Below are positions 49,947 to 62,824 of a DNA stretch of 64,000 nt, piece by piece. The number at the start of each line of letters is the position of its first letter. The stretch's first letter is position 1. Under the pieces are notes generated by a model. The model did not search any database, was not told the origin of the DNA, and saw nothing but the letters and a program-made list of their open reading frames with translations. The stretch is taken from positions 4,836,001 through 4,900,000 of the forward strand of contig CDPCPM010000418.1 in assembly GCA_976551045.1 (NCBI GenBank), in the 5' to 3' direction. A program made the position numbers and the translations under genes. This stretch comes from Glaucostegus cemiculus (taxonomy: Eukaryota).

Positions 49947-52635
49947 CACCTTCTAAGCACTTCACATTTTAGTTCTGACCTCCAGGAAACCCACTAAGTT
50001 CACAGGTAAGTATGTGGTCGCGCAAGTGCCAGGTTCCAGAAGTCAAGCTTGGGTGAGATATTCAGCTACAATTTCACTGTACGTTAGCACAACCTCAATC
50101 ATTGGCACAGGTGGGGACTTTTTTTGTAAAATTGACAGGGACTGCACCTATAACCAAGACAATTTCCAGGCAATCTTAGTTAATTGATTATTCTGACATC
50201 AGTCAAATATTAAATCAATACATTACCCAGGCGCAAAGAATAGCATGCAGCACACATAAACTCAACACACTGAGATGAACTTGAACTTGTATAAAATTTA
50301 ACGCTGGAGGTCATTGTACATACAACATGTACCATGTCAAGGGAAACTATAGCATACACTGGGTCTTACATCAATACACACAATCTAACAAAACATGTTC
50401 ACATAGTCACTACAACTGTTTATGTACTCAGATTCCATTCCATCACAAGTAACAAAAAGGAGCAAAAGACTTCAACATTGTGGGAACTCTTATCACAGCA
50501 GCGTCTTAGATGTGCAGTCAAAGCTTGCAAATTCTCATATTCTTGGATAGTCATTGGTGATTACAGCCTTCACTGAAAACTCTCATCTGTTTCTTGTAGT
50601 GGCAGCCAAAACTGGGTCAGTGGCTAGGGCATGAACTCATCTCCCTTATGTGTGTAACTAATAGTCTCTTCAAATGAATTTAGAAGACAATATTTGCAAA
50701 ATGATGTTGCCTGCAGTACACTGCAAGTGTTCTCATTGCATTTATGAGGCACACTCAATATTTACAGCTTATAATGTTGCAGGACTACCTAATATGTACT
50801 ATTTTTCTTTTTAGATTTCCTCAAGGGGGCAGGAAAGAGAGCACTGAGGTACACACAACTTGATGTGCCGACGAGTTGCAGGAGCCATCTGCAGAGCAGG
50901 AGAAAATGGTGGCACTGTCTGCAATGGTGGATGAATATCCCGTTGCACCAATCCTTAAACAGCACCACCTTAGGTAATTGCATCATGAGGGAACAGATTA
51001 GGTTGTAAGACTGTGTTTCACAAGGGAGATACCTGACACTGCTCAGCTGTAGTTAGACAGGAGGGGAAGGAAAGCTATTGTAATGGCTCCATGGGTGTTA
51101 AGCCCTCTCAGCGATGCTGACCAGTGAAGTCAGATGAGCCCTTTAATATATATAAGCAGGACTTCCTCAGAAATTAGCACATAGTGATGTTATGACAAAT
51201 CTGATTCAGTGGGCAGGGCCATTAGCCAGTGTTCCAAGATGCCTTTGGAAATGTGAGGACCTAAATTTTGTGACGATACTACAAGACACCAAACATCAGA
51301 TGGGCACGCAATGTTTCACTCCTTGCAAATATGACATATGTTTTTTCCTCAGAATTCATTGTTTGGAGAAGAACCTTTGAATAGTAGAGACAGATATAGC
51401 CAGTGGTGGGTTTCTTCTGCCAAGACATTGTAGCAGCAATAGGACTGAGTGTGGGTGTCAAAGTATGACTGTAGGTCTATAATTGTACAGATTGATGGGC
51501 AAATTGGGCTACATTCTCAGAGGCTTGGTGCAATTTTGAAACAGTATTTCTTGATAAAGTGAAATAATGGCTATGTGCAGCTACTCCCTACGCTTTTAAA
51601 TAAAGAAGAGATTGTTATTTACCCTTCAGACTTCATTGAGTAGCCTGTTATTTTGAATTGCTATAATTCTAAATATCCATTAGTGCATTTCATTGCAAGC
51701 ATTTGTAAGTTGGCCATTTGACAAGTCCCTGGAAGACCTGCTTGGCATGAAGGTACTTAGCCTCTGAGATTAATTCACAATGTAGGTTTGGAAAGGAAAG
51801 GTAGTGTATGGACAATGATGAATAATATTAATATTTTTCCAAGACTTCACAATGATTACAAATGGCCTCATTCAATTGTCTTTTTTTTCAAGCTGCAGCA
51901 AACTCAAGCTGAAATTAAGAACCAAGTTATAATCTTTGGTCTACTATTGAGAAGAGAAAAAAGTGCATGTTCATTATATGATAAGTAACTTTATGAAAAT
52001 CATTATTACAGTGTGTTCAAATTATAAAAGCTCCATTAACTGACTATCATGTTCTGAAGACTATTCCTTTGATGTTGTCAAGGCTTACTTGCCCCTGCAA
52101 ATGTATGAGTGTTGTGAGAAGGAGCACAGGAAGGGCTGGATATTATAAGATTTATGAGAATCTTTGGAGGATCAAATGCTGCCTATAGCACAATCATGAA
52201 GTGTGGTCTTCAAGAAAGCGTGACATAGGGCTCTTATTGTGGAGGGTGTGGACTTAATGGCTCTTTGCCCTTATCATCCTCTTGCCACAGCTGCTTGTTG
52301 TCATTCTGATGTGTGCCTTGGCTGCTAGTCCTCCCCTTGCTCCATTTTAGCAGACAACACCTGAGCTTGTATGATGGTCAAATTGTGCACTGTATAGCAG
52401 ACCAAAGCAAAGAAAGATGATCTAACTGCTGAATTCGATAGAGGTACAGGCAACAAAATCTCTTTTGAACAGCCCTATTGTGGTCCATTAAGCTCCTGGC
52501 CATAGCATTGTTGCAGCTGTAGCATTGGTCATCTGATGTGTATGGAGACGTGAATAAAGTGATCAGCCATGTCAGCAAATGATACTCCCTAACCCCCAAA
52601 ATATGTCCTTTGGGCAATGTGACTCCAGGAAGATG

Positions 52636-52667
52636 TATAACTATAACTATAACTATAACTATAACTA
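52636..52667. repeat. (TATAAC)5 hexanucleotide repeat
   Basis: Direct read. Confidence 0.95.
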
Positions 52668-55600
52668 GTTAAGCATGAATGATTCATGGGAAATGCCAAC
52701 ATATCTAGAATTAACCATTAGAACAGTCCCCTGATGCCCTACTACCACACACATTGACAGAATTTACTCCTTTTCCGCTAATAAATATTCATCTGTTGAA
52801 AATGGGCGCTCTAGTGGCCTATTGAGAGCAGTCAATGTGTGTTTGCACTTTTGGGGCAACTACAATGGCAGAAAATTCTAGTACCCAGTCTGCTTGCTCC
52901 TCTGCATTGATGGAGAATTAGAAGTCCAAACTTGTGGAGTAAGAGTTTGATCAACAGCTATCAACAATGTGTAACATATAGTATAGAAACAGTGGCCATG
53001 GACAAGAATAACCCTGAGATGGAAGTTCAGAGTTGGGATTACCTTGACCTCATCTGTGAGAAGGATGTGCATGCATGTGCATGAGGCTGTACTCAAGATC
53101 TTGAGGTCACAGATAAGTACTACCTTAGGCATAGACATTAATCCTCTGAACTGTGGATGAGAGTATAGCTCCCAGTGAAGCCTGGGTAAATAAGGTACTG
53201 ACCTTTTGTATGCCTCCTTGTGGTGTGATTCCTATAAGCACTTGTGGTGACTGAGAGGTCTCTTTTATACCCCATAACATCCATGAAGAGGGATGGCTAT
53301 TGTATGTCAGTTTTGACCACAGCAAAGTGTTTGAGGATGCAAAGAAAAGTCAGTTTCATTGAGCAAAATGAACTGTGAGCACATGGAGTGCAGCAGTCTA
53401 TCTATCAATGATGGTTTAATGTAACTGGTCCATTAAGTAACATTTTCGATCTTTCATTGACAGCAAAAGCTGAATCCCTTTGAGAGTGAACAATCAACAT
53501 CATTTTTTGGACAAATATGGTGCAAAAGCATCACTGAACCTAAATTTTGGCATTATCTGACTGTTGATAGGAAGTTTGATGCCAGAAGGAAGGTAAATAT
53601 GAAAATTTCACCCAAAATAAGGACATCAGTGACTGGCACTAAGATGTTCAATGTTAACACAACTTTCATTTGTGAAATGCTTCTTTTTTCTCATTGTGCA
53701 AACAACTTTTTAGCCTGTAGATTTTTAAATGCATCAAACAAAGAGGAAAGAGATGCAGACGAGGGGAAATTCCACAATGGGCTCTGGGGGGCTGAAGGCA
53801 CAGCTGCAATAGTGGAGTAATGAAAATCCAGGATACACAATAGTCTGTAATGAAAGGAATGTAGAAGTCTTGCATGCTTGTAAGGCAAAGTGTTCCAAAG
53901 ATGGGAATGGGTGAAACCAAAGGATTTGTAATTTTAAAGTTGAGTGCAAACCTGGAGCTAGTGTGGGTCAGTGTGTAGTAAAAGTGAGAATGCCGGAAAT
54001 CCTCAGCAAGTCAGCTGGTATCTACAGAGAAAAATGTTAAGATTTCAAGACAATCTGCACATTTTTGCCTTTTAAGATCAGTGTGAATATAGTAACAAAC
54101 GAATCTCCAGAAACAGTGTAAAAAAATACAATTGTGGTTAATAAATGAAATGTGTACTCACTGTCCATCGGAAATTTAATTTCAGCAAGACTGCTTTTCA
54201 AAAAATTCCCTCTGTCACCCCCTTGTGGATACACAATTAGCTTTTTCACAGTTGAGAGAAATTAAGTATCTTAGCTTACACAATATTTTCTTAAATAGAA
54301 AAAGATAAGTAAACATAAAAGGTTTTCCTCTCTTGGCATCCTTCCTAACCATACTATTCTTTTCTGTGTCATAGGATGAGTTTATGTGGACTCTCCAGCA
54401 AATGATACGGAGCTATAAAAGAGTTACTTGCATTTAGAAGTGTTCTCATTAGACTAATCAGCTGAAACATGAGCAACAACAGAGCAATTAATTAAAAGTA
54501 GAACAGAACTTAAAGAATAAATAAAAGAATTAATAATTATATCATTGACTTTCACTGGAAAACAAGACTCTCCAATAACAAATACAGATACACGTGCTGA
54601 GCCTGCTTGTGCTGCCATATTAACATGCACACATGCTACCAGATAATGATTAGGGCAAGAAACTCCACAAATTTCCTCTTGATTGTCCTGTAGTACCTTT
54701 CCCATGCAAAAATATATACTCTTCTACTTGTGCACGCCTAGTGAGTATTGGCAATTATGAATACTTTGATGCAACAGGCCCATGCATACCAGGAACTGGA
54801 TTTAAATTTGACATTTGACATCTGGTTAATAGTGGGGTGAAAAAGCTGAATATATTGATGATCAGCTGAATAGGAAAGTAATAAACAGAATTCAGTCTAC
54901 AGAAGTGTGAGGTAATGCATTTGGAGAGATTTCTTTGCTCACAAAGAATATAAATGTAGATAAACTATGCAAGAAGTTTAATGGAAATTAGATGTATAAT
55001 GAGGCTTCTGGAGAAACATTTTCCTCTGATCATTTTGAGCACAATGCCCAATTCTGCAAGCGACATTCTGTTGGGGAAAATTCTTGCCCAACTATAGTCC
55101 TCCGTTGTAAAGTTCCTACCCAATAAATCTTCCAATCTGTGCATCTTCTGCCCAAGTAAAGATTTTGTCCAAGGCCTGTAGAATCATGGGAAATCACCAC
55201 ACAGATTTAGCCTGTTGTGCATGTGCTCACTCTTTGTGTTCAGTACCGCTTCTCCACTTTTGATTAGTAATTAAGTCCCTACCTAAATTAAACAATAGAG
55301 TTCAAATAGTTATTGCTGACTTGTGAACAAGATGGACAACATTGTGGAAAGGTATACTTGCTTTTATCTATTCACAGAAACCAGTAGCTTTTTTTTTCAA
55401 TAATTCATTTCAATACATTCCTCTTTGCACTGCAGTTCATGGCTCCAGTTCAGTGAAGGGTTTGGTTTGCAGCATTTGTTACCGAAACAGATGAGTCTGG
55501 AGTCTGAGATTAGGTAGGCAGATGCCAAGCTCTAGGAGTAACTGAGAAGGTCAGAGATCTCAAAATTGAACACGGATCAGATAGTTAAATTGTGGAATAT

Positions 55601-56499
55601 TCCATCCAATTTTACAAAATCTGCATTTTCTGCTTCAATGCAATTTTGGGAGGACCTTAGTAATCCTGTAAATTCCTTCTCTTAGCAATTGCCACAGGTT
55701 GGCACAATTAACCATTTGTTCTCAATTCCCTCTAACCTACCTGCTTTACACTAAGAATGGTTCCTAGAGTCTTTTCTTGACTTTCTCCCTATAGATCTGA
55801 GACTGCCATTTTTATTTTTATTTTTTTTAAACATGGCCAACAAGACTAAACCATCATTTATTGCCCAACTATTTTTGACTTTAATGCATTAAAAATCAAC
55901 ATTATATCTGGAGTTACTTATGGATTGCAGAGTCTCCTCCCTGAATAATACTGAGAATTTAATGTGGAAAAGTTGACAGAAAATCCAGATGGAGTTTTTT
56001 TTCCATTTATTAATTAATTCTTTTCTTATGTAAGACTGTGGCACACACAGCTAGAGCAGGGTAATCACTGGTGTTTTTGTTTCATTGATTTCACTACTGA
56101 AATGATTTTTGGATAATTTGAAACAATATGTGAATGTCCATTTCCCTGCAGTGATTTGCATAATGACACCATTGCATTCTAGCTTGACTAATCTGAGAGC
56201 CTACAGCCACACACATATGAGTTTCTCATTTCTTCTGATGTCTTGAGTGTACTGAAGAGGAATTACTGAGATCAGATTAAAAAATGGAACTTTCAACCAA
56301 TTAACTGGCAAGAAAAGTAACAAGAATCTCATACAGTTGCTACAATCATGGCTTTTATTCTGAATATTAAGGATGAGACTGAGTCAGACACCCTCAAAAC
56401 TGTATTTATGCCTCACAACACAAACTCTAATCTGTGGATTGGGTTGCTCACTCAGAAAAGAACCCATCTAATGATCTATCTCATTAGGTTACTAGCCAA

Positions 56500-57000
56500 G
56501 TGCTAAGGTGGCAGCTGTGCCTCAGGAAATGGTTCTCTTGAATCAAATGCCTACAAATTCAAGTCCTGCTCTGGTGCCTTGAATTAATAATCCAGGCAGT
56601 AGTAATAGACCTGCACAATCAGAAATAATGCCTTTCGGGTGGGGTGTTAAAATGAGATTTCATATACCTTCTCAGGTGAATTATACCAAGGAGCTATTTC
56701 AAAGAGCACTGAAGTTATCCATTAACCAATATATATATATATGTTCATTGTCTTGCTGTAGTAATTTTGTGTTTTATGTTATCATGTTGAGTGTAATTTA
56801 AAACTCATTTATTACTGCAAATGACCCTTCCATTTCAGGCTATTCTTTTGTTCTTTAATGCTAATTTAATGATGGACAGCAGAGTTTTTGCTGACGATCT
56901 GACCAATATTCATTCCTCAAACCACTATCACTGGAAAAGTGCTGATTAAGTAATCATTATCAAATCGATGTTTGTGTGACTTTGCTTGGCCTTGCCCATT
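56500..57000 (+). mobile_element. Deu-domain SINE remnant(s)
   Basis: GCCTTTCGGGTGGGGTGTTAAA...CTCAGGTG and CCAATATTCATTCCTCAAACC match Deu-domain style sequence also seen at 20330-20600. Confidence 0.6.
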
Positions 57001-57258
57001 CCTATCTATACACCTTCCTCAAGTCCACTGCAAAGCCCTGGGATACGCCTGCATCATTCCAATGTGAATCTTCTGGATCCCAGTATTAAGCACACTATTA
57101 TTAGTGGCCAGACCATTGGTTTCCTTTGTCCTAATTTCAGAAATTCCTTCCCTAATCCTCCTCATCTTCCAATTTCCCCCTCGTTGTGTTACTACATAAC
57201 ATAATTCATCTCTCTGACCATGCTAGAGGTCATCTTATCCAACATTTCCTCAAATGAA

Positions 57259-58196
57259 GCCATGTGGTGCTATGACAACAACCTCTCCTTGAATGTGGAT
57301 AAAACCAAGGAGATGATAGTGGATTTTAGGAGGGGTCACGGTGTGCACGCCCCGCTGACCATCAACGGGTCTGCTGTGGAACAAGTACGCAGCACCAAGT
57401 TCCTGGGGGTGCACATCACCGACGACCTGACCTGGTCCACTAACATTACGGCCCTCACGAAGAAAGCTCAGAAACGCCTCTACTTCCTGCGGAGACTGAG
57501 GAAAGCGAACCCCCATCCCTCCATCATGATAACCTTCTATAGGGGGACCATTGAGGGCATCCTAACTCATTGTATCACTGTTTGGTTTGGAAGCTGCTCA
57601 GCTGCTGGGCGGAAGTCCCTCCAGAAGATAGTTAGGGCTGCGGAGTGGATCATAGGTATCTCACTTCCATCCCTCGCAGACATATACAAAGGCCGTTGTG
57701 TGAGGAAGACCAAAAGCATAATGGCCGACCCTTCTCACCCCTCCCACCACCTCTTCATAATTTTGCCATCAGGGAGGAGGCTTAAATGTATCAGGGCAAG
57801 AACGACCAGGCTGAACAATAGCTTCTTTCCGCAAGCCATCAGAACTGCAAACTCTCTCATCCCTCCATCTTCGTTTGTTAACACTAAGAGATGCTAGGTG
57901 CACAGAAATGCACCAGCACTTTAAATGCCGACACCAGCCCATTCACTTTAATAACTATTTATTTATTTACCGGCCATTTTTAATTTAATCTGCGTACTAA
58001 TTTAATTTTAACTTCCGTAGCTTTTAATGTTTAATGTTTTTTTTTAATGTTTATTCTGTCGAGTGTGCATGTGTGTCTCTGTTGGTTGTTATGTTATTTT
58101 ATGGGACGAGCACCTGAGGAGGATGGTATCTTGCTCCTATGCTTACTATGTATGTATATGGTTGTGACAATAAAACTGATTCTGATTCTGATTCTG
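57259..58196 (+). mobile_element. Young 5'-truncated Rex-Babar (Rex1-like) LINE
   Basis: Uninterrupted RT C-terminal ORF (WCYDNNLSLNVDKTKEMIVDFRR...KFLGVHITDDLTWS...KKAQKRLYFLRRL); AATAAA at 58169; (CTGATT)n tail; TSD AAATGAA at 57252-57258 and 58197-58203. Confidence 0.92.
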
Positions 58197-58569
58197 AAAT
58201 GAAAACAAGTAACACTGGAAATACCTTGCAGACCAGGCAGAATCTCTGGAGTGAAGAAAACAGAGCTAATGTCAGGTCAACGATATGTCATCAGATTTTG
58301 CAAGAAGGAAGATTTAACAGTTTTTAAGCACATATTTCAGTAAAATATTAGAATCTATTACTAAGGAAGTGGTAACATAGCACTTAGAAAACAATAATAG
58401 GAATGAGCAGATTCAACATGGATTTATGAAAGGGAAATTATGTTTGGCAAATCTGTTGGAACTTTTTGAAGTTGTAACTAGTAGAATAGATAAAAGTGAA
58501 CCAATTAATGTGGTGTATGTGGATTTTGTATGTGGATATTAGGTCTTCAATATGTACCACACAAGAACA

Positions 58570-61500
58570 CAAGGACTCAACTCGGCTGGACTCGGGAAAC
58601 TTCGGAGCAGATAAGTTCATTTTCCTCTTTTTACTGTTGGGAAGAGCAGAGAGCAAGTGCGCAGGCGCATGACATCAGCGGGAGCGCGGAAAGTTTAAAA
58701 AGGAGAAAGCTTATACAGCGGGCAGCGTTGGAGCGGGCAGCGGAGTGAGGGGGAAGCAGAATGTCCTGGTCTTTGGATCAAGGGGCTTCAGCTTGAAGGG
58801 GTAAGTAGGGTAAGTTGCTGGTAAGTAGGCAAAGGCAAGGTTTCCCTGTTGTCTATTATAGATTTGTAGGTGGGATTAACTCAGGAGGAAGAAAAAAGGT
58901 AGTCAGATGGAGGACAAGGTCGTATGCTGTAGCTGTTTGATGTGGGAGGTCGTGGACCTTGCTGCAGTCCGCATTGACCACATCTGCAGTAAGTGCTTGA
59001 GGCTGGAGGAACTTCAGCTCAGAGTTGATGAGCTGGAGTCTCAGCTACAAACACAGCGCAGCATAAGGGAGGGAGAGAGCTATGTAGACATGGTACATCA
59101 GGAGACAGTCACCCCCCCTTTGAGCAGGTTATCCTGAAGTCCAGGTGTCAGATAGAATGGTGACTATCAGGGGAGGGAAGAGGAAGAAGAAGTCAGACAG
59201 GCAGACAGAGCAGGGAACCCTGGAGGCTGTTCCCCTCAGAAACAGGTTTTCCGCCTTGGAGGCTGTTGAGGTGGGGGGGGTGACCTGCAGGGGCCTAGCT
59301 ACAGTAACCAGGTCTCTGGCACTGGGACTGGTACTGCTGCTCAGGAGGGAAGGGTGGGAAAGAGATGATGCAGTAGTGATAGGGGACTCGATAGTCAGGG
59401 AAACAGATAGGAGGTTCTGTGGCAGTGAGCATGAAACCCGGATAGTATGTTGCTTCCCAGGTGCCAGAGTCCAGGATGTAACTGATTGGGTCCACAGGAT
59501 TCTTGAGCGGGAGGGAGAGCAGCTAGAAGTCGTGGTTCATGTTGGCACCAACAACATAGGTAGGAAGGGGGATGAGGTCCTGAAGAGTGAGTTTAGGGAG
59601 CTAGGCAGAAGACTGAGGAACAGGACCTTGAGGGTAGCAATCTCAGGATTGCTGCCGGTGGCACACGATAGTGAGGACAGGAACAAGAGAAGGTGGCAGA
59701 TAAATGCGTGGCTGAGAAGTTGGTGCAGGAGGGAGGGTTTTAGATTTCTGGATCACCTTTTCGGGAAGGTGGGACCTGTTCAGAGAGGACGGGTTACACC
59801 TGAACCAGAAGGGGGCCAATATGCTTGCGGCTAGGTTTGCTAGGGTGGTTTGGGAGGGTTTAAACTAGTTTGTGAGGGGGGAAGGGAACCGGAGGAGTAG
59901 GTCAGAGAAAGAAGGAGGTGGGGAAGAGTCAGGTTTGAGGCTTTGAGGAAGGAGAAGCAGAGTACAGGCTTTGAAAATAGTAAGGTGGATGGACTAAAGT
60001 GCATTTACCTTAATGCAAGAAGTGTCAGGAATAAGGCAGACGAACTGAGGGCTTGGATAAATATAGGGGACTATGATATTGTGGCTATTACTGAGACATG
60101 GCTGACGGCAGGGCAGGAGTGGATATTGAATATTCCTGATTTTCAGTGTTTTAAAAGGAACGGGGGGGGGGAGAAGAGGAGGAGGGGTGGCAATATTGGT
60201 CAGGGATGCTGTTACGGCTGCGGAAAGGGTGGATATTGCAGAGGGATCCTCTCTAGAATCAATATGGGTGGAAGTGAGGAACAAGAAATGAGCAGTTACT
60301 CTACTGGGAGTATTCTATAGGCCTCCCAGTAGCAGTAGGGATATAGAGGAGCAGACTGGCAGGCAATGTTTGGAGAGAAGCAAAAATAACAGGGTTGTTA
60401 TAATGGGAGATTTCAACTTCCCAAATATAGACTGGAACCTGCTTAGTACCAAAGGTTTAGAAGGGACGGAGTTTGTTAGTGTTCAGGATAGATTCCTGAC
60501 GTAGTATGTTGACAGGCTGACTAGAGGGAATGCCGCGCTAGATCTAGTTTTAGGAAATGAACTGGGACAGGTGAAGGATCTATTGGTGGGTGAGCATTTG
60601 AGGGACAGTGACCATTGCTCCATAACCTTTAGAATTGTCATGGAGAGGGATAGGTGCGGACAGGACAGGAAGACATTTAATTGGGGAAGGGCAAACCATG
60701 AGGCTATAAGGAGAGAAATTGGGAGTGTAAATTAGGATGTCCTTTTTGAAGGGAAATGTACAATGGAGATGTGGACGATGGTCAGGGATCTTTTACAGGA
60801 TGTTAGGGATAAATATGTCCTGGTGAGGCAGAGAAGGAATGGCAGGTTGAAGGAACCGTGGGTGACGAGAGAGGTGGAACAACTGGTTAGGAAGAAGAAG
60901 GCAGCGTACGTAAGGTGTAAGCAGCAAGGCTCAGACAGGGCCCGTGAGGAATATAGAGTAGCAAGGAAGGAACTTAAGATAGGGCTGAGGAGAGCTAGAA
61001 GGGGGCATGAAATGGAGTTGGCTCGTAGGGTTAAGGAAAATCCCAAGGCTTTTTCATGTACGTGAAGGGCAGAAGGATAGCTAGGGTAAAGGTAGGTTCG
61101 ATTAAAGACAAAGGTGGGAGGATGTGCCTGGAGGCGGCGGAAGTGGAGGAAGTTCTCAATGAATACTTCTCTTCAGTATTCACCAAGGAGAGGGGTCTTG
61201 ATGACGCGGTAGAGAGAGCTGGTAAGGGTAATGTTCTTGAGTATGTAGATATCAAGAGAGAGGATGTGTTGAAGTTGTTAAATAATATCAAGACAGATAA
61301 ATCTCCGGGGCCTGATGGAATATTCCATAGGCTGCTTCGAGAGGCGAGGGAGGAGGTTGTTGAACCACTGGTAAGGATCTTTGAGTCCTCGTTGTCCATG
61401 GGGATGGTACCAGAGGGTTGGAGGGTAGCGAATGTTGTCCCCTTGTTCAAGAAAGGTAGTAGGGATAGTCCAGGGAATTACAGACCAGTGAGTCTCACGT

Positions 61501-62824
61501 CTGTGGTGGGTAAGCTGTTAGAAAGGATTCTAAGGGATAGGATCTATGAGCACCTAGAGAATCATGGACTGATCAGGGACAGCCAGCATGACTTTGTGAA
61601 GGGAAGGTCTTGCCTCACAAGCCTGATACAGTTCTTTGAGGAGGTAACGAGGAAGATTGATGAGGGCAGTGCGGTGGATGTGGTCTACATGGATTTTAGT
61701 AAGGCGTTTGATAAGGTTCCTCACGGTAGGCTACTTCAGAAGGTCAGAGGTCAAGGGATCCAGGGAAGCTTGGCTTTGTGGATTAGGAATTGGCTTCCCT
61801 GTAGAAAGCAGAGGGTTGTGGTGGAGGGAGTACCCTCTGATTGGAGGGTTGTGTCCTGCAGGGATCGGTTTTGGGACCTCTACTTTTTGATATATTTATA
61901 GATGACTTAGATGAGGGGGTGGAAGGCTGGGTTAGTAAGTTTGCGGATGACACTAAGATCAGCGGTGTGGTGGATAGTGTGGAGGGCTGTCGGAGCTTAC
62001 AGAGGGATATTGATAGGATGCAGAGCTGGCAGATGGAGTTCAATCCGGAGAAGTGTGAGGTGGTACATCTTGGAAGGACAAACTCCAAGGCAGAGTACAA
62101 GGTAAATGGCAAGGTACTGGGCAGTGTAGAGGAGCAGAGGGATCTGGAGGTTCATATCCACAGTTCACTGAAAGTGGCCTCGCAGTTAAGGATGCCTATG
62201 GGATGTTACCTTTCATAAATCGTGGGATTGAGCTTAAGAGCTGCAAAGTGATGATGTGGCTTTACAAAACTCTAGTTAGACCACACTTAGAGTACTGTGT
62301 TCAGTTTTGGTCACTGTATTATAGGAAGGATGTGGAGGTGATGGAGAGGGTACAGAGGAGATTTACCAGGATGCTGCCTGGATTAGAGAGTATGGAATAT
62401 GAGGAGAGGCTTAAGGTGCTAGGGCTTTACTCGTTGGAGAGGAGGAGGTTGAGAGGAGACTTGATAGAGGTATATAAAATATTGAGAGGAATAGATAGAA
62501 TAGACAGCCAGCGCCTCTTTCCCGGGGCATCGATGCTCAAGACAAGGGGGGCATGGCTTTAAGATTATGGGTGGGAAGTTCAGGGGAAATGTCAGAGGGA
62601 GGTTTTTCACCCAGAGAGTGGTTGGTGCATGGAATGCGCTGCCTGGGGTGGTGGTGGAGGCAGATACATTGGACAGGTTCAAGAGATTGTTGGATAGGCA
62701 TATGGAGGAATGTGGGATAGACGGATATGTGGGAGGAAAGGGTTAGATAGTGTGAGGTGTGGTTTGATGGATGGCACAATATGGTGGGCCGAAGGGCCTG
62801 TATTGTGGTGTATTGTTCTATGGT
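58570..62824 (+). mobile_element. Near full-length CR1 LINE (5' UTR, ORF1 Zn-finger/coiled-coil/SGNH esterase, ORF2 APE+RT), frameshifted
   Basis: ORF1: CSC...CSKC, coiled coil, VIGDSIVR, VHVGTNNI. ORF2: LNARS, AITETW, KSPGPDG, NYRPVSLTS, QGSVLGPLLF, KFADDTK. TTCTATG-type tail; probable TSD AACA (58566-58569 / 62825-62828). Confidence 0.95.

Noticed and set aside
58907-59834. Zn-finger and SGNH esterase ORFs as host or novel genes
   Set aside because: Standard CR1 ORF1 domains, colinear with ORF2 inside one TSD-bounded element.
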